From the NCBI GenBank assembly GCA_030704615.1, contig CM060734.1:51398001-51462000 (forward strand): DNA of 64,000 bases, read 5' to 3'. The position numbers and the translations under genes were made by a program. The stretch comes from Takakia lepidozioides (taxonomy: Eukaryota > Plantae > Bryophyta). Shown here one piece after another: positions 13,270 through 26,317 of this stretch. The notes below the pieces were generated by a model. The model did not search any database and was not told the DNA's origin. It saw only the letters and a program-made list of their open reading frames with translations. Numbering within the stretch: the first letter of the stretch is position 1; each line of letters opens with the position of its first letter.

Positions 13270-14028
13270 CACTGTTGGCCGGGTATGGCATCTTGACATG
13301 CATATCCGGCGGTTATTTGCCAGTTATGCACATGTGCATAACCGGAAAGTGCAGCCCCCTAGGAACCGGCTATGGAAGGGAACAGGAAAAAAAATCGAAC
13401 TTCCTAACCGGCTAGAGAACCGGCATGGTGATTATAAGGGTGTTATACCCGGAGCAAATGTGGATGGCGTAAGGGCGGTAGATAATACAAGTGTAAGGGT
13501 TAGTGATGGTAGTTATGAAATTACAATGTTGGGGAGATTAGGTGCACAACATTTATGAGAATGTCCAAAATAGGAAATTAATTAGTTGGGCATTTGGCAT
13601 TTGGCTAAGACAATAGTTGTAACTTGTAAGCTTAGTGTATTAGAGGGGTAGAGAGATAGATGACAGGGTTGAATGTTCGAACTTTGAACTGGAGACCCAC
13701 AACCTATACTCTAGTGGCTTATCAGGCCACAAACCTTTTGTCCTTTTGTGTATAGTTTTACACACATACACAAAAATGCTAGAAAAAAATTAAAAAAATA
13801 AAAGTGGATGAATCCCATAACCGGTACCATGGAACCGGCATTTTTTAAGATGGCATAACCGATAGATTGAGAACCGGACAAAAAAATATCCATGTGTTTA
13901 TTGAGAACATGTAACCGAGATGTTTTTCAAACCTATTGGTATACCTGCCCCGGCCATCCATTTTTTTCAAAGAGTACGCCATAACCGGCCCGGAAGAGGG
14001 CTCAAAACATGGTACCCGGCCAACACTG
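13270..14028. mobile_element. Non-autonomous hAT-type MITE
   Basis: 16-bp TIRs CA(C/G)TGTTGGCCGGGTA, a perfect 8-bp TSD GTTTTTAC (13262-13269, 14029-14036), and subterminal ACCGG motifs. Confidence 0.92.
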
Positions 14029-14159
14029 GTTTTTACCAAAACATCAAATCAAAATCCTAGTTCACTATCTGCTTTTCTAACCTAAAAATTTAATTTTTTT
14101 TTTTATAAAAAAAAAAAAAAAAAAAAAACCCCGAAGCTAGGTTGTAGGTCGGAATGTAA

Positions 14160-14646
14160 GACCAATTTCTCTACCCAGGGGATATTCCCTTATCCTCTAC
14201 GAGTTTTTGCGCTGAAACGGGGAAGTTAGCCAGTAAAGCACGCCAAGCTAAATGGGAAGGATTCTTTCCTAGAGAAGCCCCACAGGTGGGCCAATCAAAT
14301 CACATGCAGGGGCATCAAGTGCAACACATCCAAACAGTAGGCTCATCCAGATACACTGTTATCATCACACAAAAACATCCTCCGTCTGGCATAAGCCAGC
14401 CGCTTTTTATATTAAGGAAAGGGCTAATCTAAAATGGCAAATGGTGGCTTCTCATTGGCTGCCAGGATTGTTTTAAGTTTCTCCCACACATCAGCAGCCA
14501 CCCTGTCGGATTAGGTTACTGTTGGAATGAGACAAGGGCCTAGACTAACATTAGGCACATTTAATTAGCTACACCAACCGCCCTGCTTTTCATCCAACCA
14601 ACGAACAGAAGAGCATTTGCAACAGGTGGAATACTCCATCTTACAT
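14160..14646. repeat. Dispersed repeat of unknown class; second copy at about 27343-27733 plus 28813-28906
   Basis: Near-identical tttctctacccaggggatattccc...ggtggaatactccatcttaca. The second copy is split by the 27734-28804 insertion. Confidence 0.85.
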
Positions 14647-15034
14647 ATGTAAGACCCGCCCACGCCAGGAGGAGTGAGCTCCAGCGAGCTTCGGAAATTT
14701 TACCAATGCAAGGCCCACCGAGCCAAATTTCAAATTTCAAAAAAGAGGGACTAGGCATTCGATAGGAGAGGGATGAAAAAACCTTTGGGGGAAAACCTTA
14801 CCCTACAAAGTGGGTGAAGGACAAAACCCCCAACAGGAAAAACCCCCAACCATACAATTGATGCAAGCTCATAAGAGCAGTTCCTTAGCTCTCATCGTCT
14901 CTCACAATCAGATGTCTATTCAAAAACACTAAAGCTAGCTGGTGAAGTCAAGCCAAGCCACACAAAACTGATGCAGCTCCACCACTGCACATAGCCAAGT
15001 TTAAAAGCAAAAAGTAAGAACTTATGATCTGCAC

Positions 15035-17199
15035 TCATGCAGCACGGCCAGGGGTTAGAATAACATGACGGCCCTCTACATTAATACAAGTGAGATCAAA
15101 AACTAATTTGCAATGCACAAGAGAATCCAGATGGACAGTGTGGGAAAGATGAGGGACAGAGGGATGTTGAGGGAGCAGCTTAAACTGTCTGCCTCGCAAG
15201 ACTTCCGCAATCAGATAAGGGCCCTCAATACGCTTGGAAGCCTTGGAAATGATTTTCCCTTGCTGGAGCCACACACACTCAGATTGACCCTACAGAAATT
15301 CTTCAGAATAGCACACACGCCGGTTATAATTGCGAGCCTGAATTGCCTGGGCCTTGGCTATGTTAGTTTTGGCAGAAGATTGGAGCTTTTGCCTTTTAGT
15401 AGTCATCTCAACCAAGAATGAATCCCAATCAATGGGGTCAGTACTAGTGACTGGAATCAACGGAGTGTCATGTAAAGGGCTGCGAGCAAGTCTGCCATAT
15501 ACTAGCTCAAAGGGGGTATACCCGGTACTTGCATGAACGAATGTCCTGTAAGCGAAGATCAAAACTGGAAGAGCCACATCCCAATCACCCAACAGAGAAC
15601 CATTCTTCTCCAACATGGTCTTATTGAATCGCTCAGTCAGACCGTTGCACTGGGGATGATAAGGCACCGTGGTGCGGTGTTTTACCCCAAGATTGAAGCA
15701 TATCATCTGCATCAACTGATTGCAGAACTCGGTACCCTGATCGGTAAGTATTTCAATAGGACATGCATGCCTTAGAATGATTTCATCAAAGAAAAACTGT
15801 GCGACTGAATCTACATCCTTCGCGACCAAAAGTTGGAACTCGACCAATTTAGAGAAGTAGTCAGTGGCCACGGCTATGTAGGAGTGACCCTTCTCGGTGA
15901 GTTTAAGAGGTCCCACAAGATCTAAGCCCACCCTGTCAAAGAAGCCAGTGACAGGTATAGGTTGCATGGGTAGTGAAGCGCGAGCCCGAGGAAGCAATGT
16001 CTTGGCATGACATTCAACACACATAGAAACAAATGAGGCAACGTCCTGATGCATACCCTTCTAGGTATACAGTTCTTGCAAATGCTTGACAGTTTTGGTC
16101 ACACCAAGGTGACCAGCAAAGGGTGAGGCATAATATAATTCAAGCAACTCTGAAATTGAGCTCCTATTAGGAACCTCCACTGTTTTGATAAGGCCATCCA
16201 AGACAATGTTCTTCAACAACTTACCTTCACGTTCCACATGACAGGGAAGGTGATAGTTAACTTGCCTTTGAAGTGTCTTGGAAATACCTAGGAGTTGTGT
16301 GCCAACTTTGCACTTGTGGAGAAGGGCTGCGAACAGGGAGTCATCCATGCCTATCATGCACAGAGCCAAAGAAACAGTGGGTTAATAGCAGGTAATCAGA
16401 AGTGTCCGCCCCTGTGGTCTTCAAATAATGGAACCCTGCATCGCATCTGAATCAGGCTTACCTATGATGGTAGACTGGGCATGAAGTACAAGTCCTAAGG
16501 GAAGTAACCATAAGAAAGACATGGCCATGAAGAAGAAGAAGAGACTGCTGGAGTAACCAGGCAGCATTGATCAAACAAAGAGGACCAGTCCAGACACGCA
16601 AGTACCAAAGTGACCATCTCAATGAACATCAAAAGTGATGAGATCCCCAGCAGGTGTAATGGCATAGGGTAACTCATCCATCAAACTCAAAAATGATACA
16701 CGTGCATGTAAATCAGGCAGCAAACGATCAAGATTCTCCATGCGAGCCAAGTCATCTAGGGTTGTATAAGGAACATGTGTTTTGGTTTCTCCCCGAGTAA
16801 GCGCATCAGCGTTGTTATTTTCTTTCCATTTCTTGTAAAACAATGTCAAATTCAAAGCCTTGTAGAAGTAAAGACCATCTAGCAAGTATGTCGGACTATT
16901 CTCGAGGAGTTTTAAGGGCTTTGAGAGGTAGATGATCTGTCTCCACGGTGAAATAACAACCATGCAGGTATTGCCTGAAGTGTTTTACATAAAAAATGAC
17001 GGCCAACCCCTCCTTGTCAGTAATACTATAATTTTTTTTCATGTTTATCAAGCCGCCTAGATGCGTAAGTACCAACATGTTCTCTACCATCTCGCACTTG
17101 GCTGAGAATTGCAGAAACAGCCATGTCACTGATATCTGTTTGTAAAAGAAATGGGAGAGAAAAGTCTAGAAAAACCAGCACTGGAGCAGTGGTGAGGGT
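15035..17199 (-). mobile_element. Degenerate Ty3/gypsy pol fragment (RNase H and integrase with GPY motif)
   Basis: LTTAPVL..DF..PFLLQTD, YSITDKEGLA, ETDHLPL, NADALTR; GHLGVTKT...CVEC; DLVGPL, ILTDQG, NGLTER, IEGPY. Many stops and frameshifts. Confidence 0.9.
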
Positions 17200-17833
17200 T
17201 GTCAAGGACGAGAACATGACTGAACACAAACCAGAGATCAGATTAGAGGTACAAGACTAGACAATAAGTCAAGGCCGGCGTGGCCGAATGCATGATGAGT
17301 AAATCGGAATCAAGACAATCTTTATAACAATGAACAAGAGTACAAGATATTGGAACACGACTTGAATACTGGAAATGCTGGAAACTGGACTGGAGTACCA
17401 GATACTAGAAACTGGGTTAGGGTACTGGGAACTGGACTGAAGTACTGGAAACTGGAAACAAGAGTAGCTTGAACTAGTGTTGGCGAGACTGAAGAGTGTC
17501 CAGTCTCGCCTCCTATATATACTTGCTACTAAGAAGCTTCCCTAAGAAGCTTTCCCTATGGAGGTTGCTTGCTGGAGAAGTTTCCAAGATTAAACAAAGG
17601 TTTCTTGATGGAGAAGTTTCCTTAAGCAAATGAGGTATTTTTCAATTAGAAGTTTCTTCCAAAAGAAGCTTCGTGAGCAGTTTCCCAAGTTACTCTTGGT
17701 AATTTGGTAAACTCCCGATAACTTGATAAGTAATGGTAAATCACGGTAAGTCATGGTAACTTTCGGTAACATGATAACTTGGTAACTTCTGGTATTTACT
17801 CCTGGTAAGTTTCTCTGGGCTATGTTCGTGACA
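17200..17833 (-). mobile_element. 3' LTR of a chromovirus inserted into the older gypsy element
   Basis: Minus strand TGTCACGAAC...CCTTGACA, directly after the PPT AGAGGAGGAGG (17847-17837). TATA-like box near 17515. Confidence 0.8.
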
Positions 17834-19078
17834 TCGCCTCCTCCTCTAGCGCCGAGTTCCTCGAGGAGCAGTAAAATCTTGGACTTGCTTAGAGTTGGAG
17901 AAAATCCAAAATCCGGCGAATGATACTTGCCAAGTATTCGGCTCTTCGTTCTTGACTCAAATGATTTATAGGTCCCTGCAACCATCGATAGTGTCCAACA
18001 CCTTGAACTTAGGACCACGCAGTGATTTGAGCATTCTGATTTTCGAAGCTGCATTTAAACATGATTTTGTTGCCCTCTGGGTCCGAAGCCTCAACCTCCA
18101 ACAAAATTATTAGACTTCAAGTAGGCTCCACTTGCCGTTGTACGGGGTCCAGACAAGGAAGTACGCGTCGCATTGGTGGCCCATCGTCTCGAGAGCGTCG
18201 ACGTGATGTTGAAGGTCGTGAGAGTCGGAACTGCTGATCTGGTAGCTGGGTAAGCGACAACTCCAATGTATCTGGTTCCTGTGACTCCATACTGTCAATA
18301 CAAGATGCAAGAGTACTGGAAGTGTAGCTATATATACTGATGTGTGGTGCTCCTCCCTCCTTAGCGTGTATTAGGTACATTGAATGTGGAGTCTTCACCT
18401 TGAAGCTAACTTGACTGACATTATCGTTGTGACGTCTTATTGACGTGTAGCTCGGGGCTTAGCTGGATATCGTTGATGAAACTCTTGGACTTTGTCAGAT
18501 GCATTGGCGAGGTTGGATGAAGAGTTCCCACGTTCGTTCGCTGATGTCGTAGTCTTTCTAATGTACGAAAAACTCAAGACGTTTATACCTGATGCGAAAG
18601 TCTAGGACTTCGTCGACTTCATACTCAATTTCCTGATTGACTTCGATTGGTGGAGGTGGTACGGAGACTCTTCCTGGAATATTCGATGGATGATACAACT
18701 CTAATAATGAAACATGAAAGACTGGATGGATGCGCATACTTCGTGGGAGTTCAAGCCGAAAACTGACCGGATTTATTTGTCGAATAATTTTGAATGGTCC
18801 TAGGCGTTGATAATCCAGCTTCCTTGATGGTCGCAATGTTTGTATGTCCCGTAGAAGAAGTCACACACGATCTCCGACCTTGAACTGGGGTTGGAGTTGG
18901 CGACGTTGATCTGCATACTCCTTGTATTATTTTTTAGCTTCTGCGAGGTGGAATGTAAGCTCCTTGTGAATCGTAGCGAGATGAGTAGCAAGGTTTTCTG
19001 CAGCAGGGCTTCTAACAGTCTTCATGTGGAAAGGGTTTGCTCGAGGATGATGACCATAATTAGAGAAAAATGGAGTTT
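17834..19078 (-). mobile_element. Chromovirus (Tcn1-like) integrase C-terminus with GPF motif and chromodomain, plus 3' UTR
   Basis: TPFFSNYGHHP...[14 protein letters not shown]...[10 protein letters not shown]...EYEVDEVLD...FFVH*KDY..SERTWE. Confidence 0.9.
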
Positions 19079-19480
19079 CACTACAACAGATGAGTGTTTT
19101 TATGACTGCACATATGACTATTTTTTCAGTCATATATGCGTTCATGATTACATCACTCTGTAGTGAAAAAAATCCTGTCATAACGACTAGTCTTTAGGAC
19201 TGCATTTTGCAAGTCATAGCCGTGACTGCGTGCGTGGCACCTGGAGTCATGCATAAGAGAGTGATGTAGTTACAACTCTATGACTTACATATGACTAATT
19301 ATATGACTACATTGTCAAATGAGCGTTGCCTACATGGAGAGGCTTTAGATGAACACGTGCACCACTGCACAAGCGACACGTCACGACACCTGTTGCATTT
19401 CAGATGTGACATGTGGCAATTAGACATAATATATGACTAGCATATATGGCAGGGTTTATGCCACGTGTTATCAAGAATGT
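19079..19480. mobile_element. CACTA transposon terminus (inner boundary approximate)
   Basis: CACTACAACAGATGAG followed by repeated ATGACT/AGTCAT subterminal motifs; flanked by TTT. Confidence 0.8.
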
Positions 19481-19939
19481 CTCTGAAAATAATTTAATAG
19501 TTATATTTGTAATTTTAAATTCTTAAATTTATATTTTATTTTTGAAAACATGGGATAGCAGCTTGGAAAATTGGTATTGTTGTTTAATTTAATAATATTA
19601 TACAAATAAAAATAGATTAAATGATTTAAACTCTTCATTACATGGTGAAATTCTGATATAAAAACAGGATGGACCCCTCTTGTATACTAGCAACCACAAG
19701 GACATTCAAAATAGACAAGTATAGGGGAATACACACCGTGTAAATTATATTACAAAAATCCAAATGAGACCAATGTCCCAATGGACATCTCAAAGGCCAC
19801 AAGGTCCCAAAATCCATGCTAAGCAAAAAATAAGCAAGCCCACACATGGGCTGAATTGTTGTAATACTAGTTTGTTCTGGTGCTACTAGAATCAAGGACC
19901 CTGTTAAACAGTGCAATACTTACGGCCGATTTGATAAGA

Positions 19940-20640
19940 GGGAAAAATAGGGTGAAATGTGTTGAAGAAGGTGCCTTGATTAACAGTGCCTGATTTGATC
20001 AATTGTGTTGCTGCTGCTGCGGCTTCCAGTTGACCATCTACCCATGCAGGTTTCTTGTACCTATCCTTCCACATGGAATCATGGGTAATATGGAGCTTGA
20101 AATCCGGCCCTCTTGGATGAATCTGGACCCACACATCTATCCCTGTTCCTTCAGCTATCCATGCCCCTGCACAAATCATGCATACATCCTCGCCTTGCTG
20201 CTAGCAGCTAACAATGATAGCCTAGAATTGCTTGAGCAAACACCCCAACCCTACTTATCACACTAGTTCCTATGCTGACTTGCGTATGCTTCCAACAGAC
20301 ATTCACCTTTTCCACCATTGACTGAGGTCGGGAACGTATTCATCCTAGAGCTTCTCCTCAAGTCTCTGTTATATATTTATTGATACTTTCCTGTCGACCA
20401 CATTGGCAGTAACATGTCAAAATCACTCCAAAACTACCATAGATCCACCAACGAGCTAACTTGTAGAATTCAACATTAAAATTTAGGGACGACTCTGATA
20501 GCAGGGGAAAACAAGGTGAAATATGTTGAAGAAGGTACCTTCATTAGCAGTGCCTTGTTTTATGAATTGTGCTGTTGCCACTGCTGTTTCCAGTTGACCA
20601 TCTACCCACTTGTAGCCGCTGTGAGCTATTGAAGAAGGTG
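19940..20640 (-). repeat. Copies of the PPR-associated exon/intron unit (KKPAWVDGQLE-type exon)
   Basis: Shares ccagttgaccatctaccc and tgttgaagaaggtgcc blocks with 22780-22960 and 58980-60600. Confidence 0.75.
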
Positions 20641-22960
20641 CCCCCTTCCCCCATCATTTGATCATAGGTCTCCATACCATGTCCCTGCTCTGCATACCCT
20701 GCAAGCATCGCGTTCCATGACACCACATCTCGTTCAACCATAGTGTTGAAAACTCCCTTCGCATCCTTAATGCACCCACATTTCGCATACATGTCCACCA
20801 GGGTAGTGTTCAGAATAACATCTGGTACAATTCCAGCTTTGATGATGTCACCATGGACCTCTTTCCCCTTTTCCAGAGGTCCCAGGCTTGCACACGCATT
20901 GCAAACACAAACAAACGTGATGTGGTTGGGCTTCACCCCTTCGCGCAACATTTGCTCATAGGTCTCCAAAGCATTCCTACCACACCCATGCTTGGTAAAT
21001 CCTGCCAACATTATATTCCACGTGATCAAAGATCATTGAGACATTATGTTGAAAACTTCGTGAGCATGCATGCATGATGCTCCTGCACTTAACATACATG
21101 TTTGCTCATGCACCCACATTTTGCATACATGTCCACCAGGGTATTGTTCAAAATGACATTTGGTACAATTCCAGCCCTGATGATGTCGCCATGGACCGCT
21201 TTGCAAGCCCTTTTCCAGAGCTGCCATGGCTGTGTTCAGAATGACATTTGGTACAATTCCAGCTTTGATGATGTCACCATTCACCTCTTTGCCCTTTTCC
21301 AGGGCTGCCAAGCTTGCACAAGCATTGCGAGTGCACACAAACATGATGTGGTCGGGCTTCACCCCTTCGCACATCATTTGCTCATACGTCTCCAAAGCCT
21401 CCATCTCGCGTCCCTGTTGTGCATTCACTGCGAGCATCGCACTCCACGACACCACATTTCGTTCAGCCATATTGTTGATCACTCCCTTTGCATCCTTGAT
21501 GCTCCCACATTTGGCATACAAGTCCACCAGGGCAGTGTTCAGGATCACATCTGGTTCTCTCTCTCACACCCCCCTCTCTCTCTGTTCTGCTCTACATACA
21601 AAAGGGTCCATCTCTTGTCTGTAAGCGTCCAGCTCTGACGATGTCGCCATGCACCTCTTTGCCCTTTTCCAAGGCTGCCAGGCTTGCACACGCACTGCGA
21701 ACGCACACAAACGTGATGTGGTCGAGCTTCATCCCTTCACACATCATTTGCTCATACGTCTCCAAAGCCTCCATCCCGCGCCCCTGCTATGTATACCCTG
21801 CGAGCATCGCACTCCACGACACCACATTTCGTTCAGCTATATTGTTGAACACTCCCTTTGCATCCTCGATGCTCCCACATTTGGCATACATGTCCACCAG
21901 GGCAGTGTTCAGGATCACATCTGGTACGATTCCAGCTCTGACGATGTCGCCATGCACCTCTTTGCCCTTTTCCAGGGCTGCCAGGCTTGCACACGCACTG
22001 CAAACGCACACAAACGTGATGTTATCGGGCTTCATCCCTTCACACATCATTTGCTCATACGTCTCCAAAGCCTCCATCCCGCGCCCCTGCTGTGTATACC
22101 CTGCGAGCATCGCACTCCACGACACCACATTTTGTTCAGCCATATTGTTGAACACTCCCTTTGCATCCTCGATGCTCTCACATTTGGCATACATGTCCAC
22201 CAGGGCAGTGGTCAGGATCACATCTGGTACGATTCCAGCTCTGACGATGTCACCATGCACCTCTTTGCCCTTTTCCAGGGCTGCCAGGCTTGCACACGCA
22301 CTGCAAACGCACACAAATGTGATGTGGTCGGGCTTCACCCCTTCCCCCATCATTTGCTCATAGGTCTCCAAAGCATTCCTACCACACCCATGCTTGGTAA
22401 ATCCTCCCAACATTATATTCCACGTGATCAAAGATCATTGAGGCATTCTGTTGAACAATTGGTGAGCATCCATGATGCTCCCGCACTTAACATACATGTT
22501 GACAAGGGTGTTGAGGAGAAAAACATTTGGCGTGAATCCACTTTGGATAATGTGAGTTTGCACCTGCTTTTCAGCTTCCAGGCCTTTCACCTTGATGCAC
22601 TTATGCAAGAGACAGACATACGTATCTGAATCTGCTGAAATGCCTCCTTGGTTTAAAGTCTGTAGAGCCTCTGTCAGTCTACCTGCCTCACAAAGCATCT
22701 TCACATGCCCATAAGTGCCAAAAGAGACATTATGGACTCCCTCTCTCGATCCGCTTCCAGAAGCTGTGGTCACGGTTCAGGTGCCTGGTTTTATCAACTG
22801 TGCCGCTGCAGTTGCTGCCTTCAGTTGACCATCTACCCATGCAGGTTTCTTGTGGCTATTGATCCACAGGGAATCATAGGTAATTTTGTGCTTGAAATCT
22901 GGCCCTCTTGGAAGAATCTGTACCCACTCTCTATCCCTGCTTCTTCAGCTATCCATGTTC
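20544..22960 (-). pseudogene. PLS-class pentatricopeptide repeat gene, decayed, with internally duplicated PLS triplets; no E/DYW domain seen
   Basis: Recurrent VVSWSAMLAGY, PDHITFVCVCSAC, DVILNTALVDMYAKCG motifs. Stops at about 22432, 21787 and 21033, and a short foreign insert near 21555-21625. Confidence 0.9.
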
Positions 22961-24409
22961 TTATAAGGATAGAGGCCCACCTCTAGGCCATGGTCAGGAC
23001 GGGGCTCGTCATTCAATGCCAAAGCATCCATCTGCACCTTCACTGCATCCTCTGCTGTCAGTTGTACATAACCCACTACATCCGTTCAATGTCAGGAATG
23101 GGAGAGGGATGTACTCTTTACTGTCATGCTTGGCCATTACATGGACGTCACAGCCTTTGAAATCCTAAGTAAGGAAGTGTCATAGATCCTCCACTTTAAT
23201 GACGCCCCATATAAGAATCAATATTGATACTATATCTAGTTTGATATCCTAATGTGACATGAGGCCAATATGGAGAGATTACATCCCTAAAAATGCAGCG
23301 AGACACAGACAGAGAGAGACAGAGAGAGTCATGAGACATTAGGGAGAGAAAGAGAGAGAGATAGAGAGAATGTACCATTGGATCAGGCTTCATTAGCGGT
23401 CCCGTGGCAGCTGCATCATTTCTTTCTACACTGAATGACGAGTAACCAAGTTACATACCATTGAAGTATGATGCCAGTAAAAACAACCAGACAAACTAAT
23501 AAACGATAGCACAGATAGGGCAATGCTTATGATGCCTTGTTGGAGACAAATAGAAAGGCTGTCCGATTAACTCTTTGGCTTTATGTGGACATATAGTCCA
23601 TTCTTCTTCTGTCTCTTCTATCCTGCTTCTTGTAGCAAAGGCACCCACTACGATGCTCAGCTGGTCTTTTAGGGCCAAGAGCGTAACACTGTCGGGGAAA
23701 ATTTGATAACTTCTATCTAACTGCCGAAAATTGTAATCTTCTCAAATAGATGGTCCCTACATCCTCGTCGTTTCTCAAGTTTTTACATCTCAGCTGTCGA
23801 TCTCCATGCTTCGTCCTCAACATCCCTCGCAACCCTCGCTACGCCAAAAAATAATGTCTCACCTGGCACCACTTGTATTGTCGGAAGCGAACAGCTTGAA
23901 TCTACTTCTCTTACATTCTGGTACCGCAATCCCATGAGACCCAGTCGCGAGTTCCACATAAGAAATTCTCCTTTTAACAATCCTTGTAGATACTCTTACC
24001 CCAGAATGATACAAGGATGCGGGCTGGGTCATGAGAAATACATGAAACTGGGCCATGGCTACGTACAAACAGAGAGGTCACTCTAAAACAAGTAATAACT
24101 GTAACACTATTCTATACTGAAAGTTCCAGCCTTTGGTTGTCACCATTAAAAACGGCCATGCTGAGATCATTCTGTTCACTAGAAACCTACTCTGGTGAAT
24201 TCCTCATGGAACTCTTCGCGAATCATCTCACATCAATCTCGATGAGTCTGAGTTGGTTGGCCATCTTGAAGCAAACTTTTGGGACGAGTCTGCATTTTGT
24301 GTGTGGCTACAACCCGCCAAGTGTGAAGGGAAGAGTTGGCGAAATCTACCCAACGACCTAACTTACAGAATTCAATATGCATCTTGCGGCCGAGTCTGGT
24401 AAAAGGGCA

Positions 24410-24650
24410 ACACAGGCTGAAATAGGTTGAAGAAGAAGGTGCCCTACCACATTGTCCTTGACCTGTCCTGACCCATGGAGGATTTGACCGACCATCAACC
24501 TAAAAGGACCTCTTGTGTGTGCTGCTTGTGTCTGTAGTCAGGTAATGTCGGATTGGTCTGTGAGATCGAAGCACTACGGCATAGCTGAGTAGTCAGAGAT
24601 TGAAACACGCCTGCTAAGACCAAGCTGACTCTCCCAAGAATGGCGAGCTC
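24410..24650 (-). other. Probable upstream exon of the PPR gene; paralogous copy at 61185-61400
   Basis: AILGRVSLVLAG... ending in a donor-like GTG|GTAGGGCACC. Homologous to 61185-61400. Confidence 0.5.
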
Positions 24651-24703
24651 GCTTCTCCTCGTCTCCTCTCCTCCTCCTCTTCTCCTTCGTGCATCATTTG
24701 CGG

Positions 24704-24812
24704 GAGCAGTATCTTCGCTGTACGATAAATCATCACCAAGATATTTGGACGGGCCTTCTGTCATTAGTTGAGTTTGCCTACAACAATACTATACATTCTT
24801 CGACCAAACAAA
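24704..24812 (+). mobile_element. Chromovirus integrase core fragment, inverted relative to its continuation at 19078
   Basis: EQYLRCTINHHQDIWTGLLSLVEFAYNNTIHSSTKQ, which naturally precedes TPFFSNYGHHP. Confidence 0.85.
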
Positions 24813-25210
24813 CACTACAAGAGATGAGCGTTTTTAGGACTACGGCTTTGGCGGAGTCATAAAAACTGCACTAGGTAGATGACTACAGAGCGCTGAAATG
24901 CATTGCAGTCATAGTTTTATGACTTTGTAGTAATGGATATCACTACATGACTCCGGAAAATTAGGGAGCATTGGTCAAACATTGTTGACCATGATGACAA
25001 GGATGGTTTATATGACTAGTGTGATATGTTTGACTACACGTGGACGACGTTTCATGGAATCTTATGACTCCATGACTGAAGATGGTTTCACAACTCTATT
25101 TATACGACTACATCACTACACGTGTCATTTTGAAGGCACATATAATGCAAATAAGGTTGCCCATTAGGTTTAAAAAAATTAAAAAAATTGCTAATAAGGT
25201 TGCCCATTAG
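24813..25210 (+). mobile_element. CACTA transposon terminus (inner boundary approximate)
   Basis: CACTACAAGAGATGAG preceded by AAA; ATGACT subterminal motifs. Confidence 0.8.
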
Positions 25211-25235
25211 GGTAATCGTGAACAGAAAGGAAGGC

Positions 25236-26317
25236 TGGAGGGTTCGAAAGGTCTTGCCCTCAGGCGTCTTGATCTTGGAGGGTCGGGATGACATAACTTG
25301 GAAGGACCATGTGCATAATTGTGCGCCATGTCACCTTCCAAATGTCGATGGCAGGATTGATCCAAACCTGGCAGTGGTATCTGCAAGTTTGAGGTGCATG
25401 TTGTGTGGATCTGCTAGAGGGGCAGCCACCATGCTGGTGTGTGATCGGTGCTCTAGAGGTTGGCAGATGCTTGACTCCACCTCTTGAGATGGTTCCGGAT
25501 GGGGATTGGTTATGTCCACATTGCATTGGATAGTGGGAGTGGATACAACCATGGAAGGCTGACAAGAAACGCAAGGCCAAGCTACTAGGAGACCTTGAAC
25601 ACATGAGATCCTGGCTCAAGTTCACAGATTGCAAGACGGCGACTAACGATGGGGCTACTCTTGTACCCGGCCTCTTGGTCTATAGAGTTTGAGTACAATA
25701 GGGACAGTGATAGAGGACTTAGTACAGCTGTGGCTATTACATCTTGTAGCTATCTGGAGTTAGAGGGACCTATCCACCAGCTAGGGGGGCGATTGTGGCA
25801 GACTACTTTATTGTGCATATATGCGTTGTGTGGTTTGGACAGCGATGTAGTTGTGTAGCGATATGTATGCGCACGACAGCTGTCAAGTTAAATAAACACA
25901 ATGTGAAACTAACTAGAATAAAACTAGTTATTTGTATTTAACATTTGGATTTAGTTCAAGTGTTAAGTCAGGTGTCAAGTTTAGTTTGACACCTGAACCG
26001 TCTTATCTTCACGAGAGCGTCAGTCGTGCGGCTCATCTCTCTCGAGTTGAGCCTGCACGACCGAGCTCTTTCACCATTCAGAACCTAAGTGTGCTTATGA
26101 AGGGAGGATAGGTTGTTGTGGGGTGGAGTCCCCATAGCTTGGGGTGCCCCTGGCTCGACTATTATTTTAAAGAGTGATGGTGTTGTGTTTTGTGTTTCTC
26201 TTGTTATTTGAGTTTAGTTCTTTCTTATGAATTGTGGCAGACTACTTTATTATGCATATATGCGTTGTGTGGTTTGGACAGCGATGTAGTTGTGTAGCGA
26301 TATGTATGCGCACGACA
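25236..26317 (+). mobile_element. 3' fragment of a sibling of the DNMT retroelement: integrase tail with PHD finger, PPT, B-A-B terminal repeats
   Basis: CMLC...CDRC..GW...(frameshift)LTPPL..VPDGDWLCPHC at 25395-25524. The 3' UTR is homologous to 50730-50985. B 25793-25878, GC spacer, A 25881-26230, B 26232-26317. Confidence 0.9.

Noticed and set aside
21102-22629. Plus-strand ORFs of 178-326 aa
   Set aside because: Antisense shadows of the PPR repeats.
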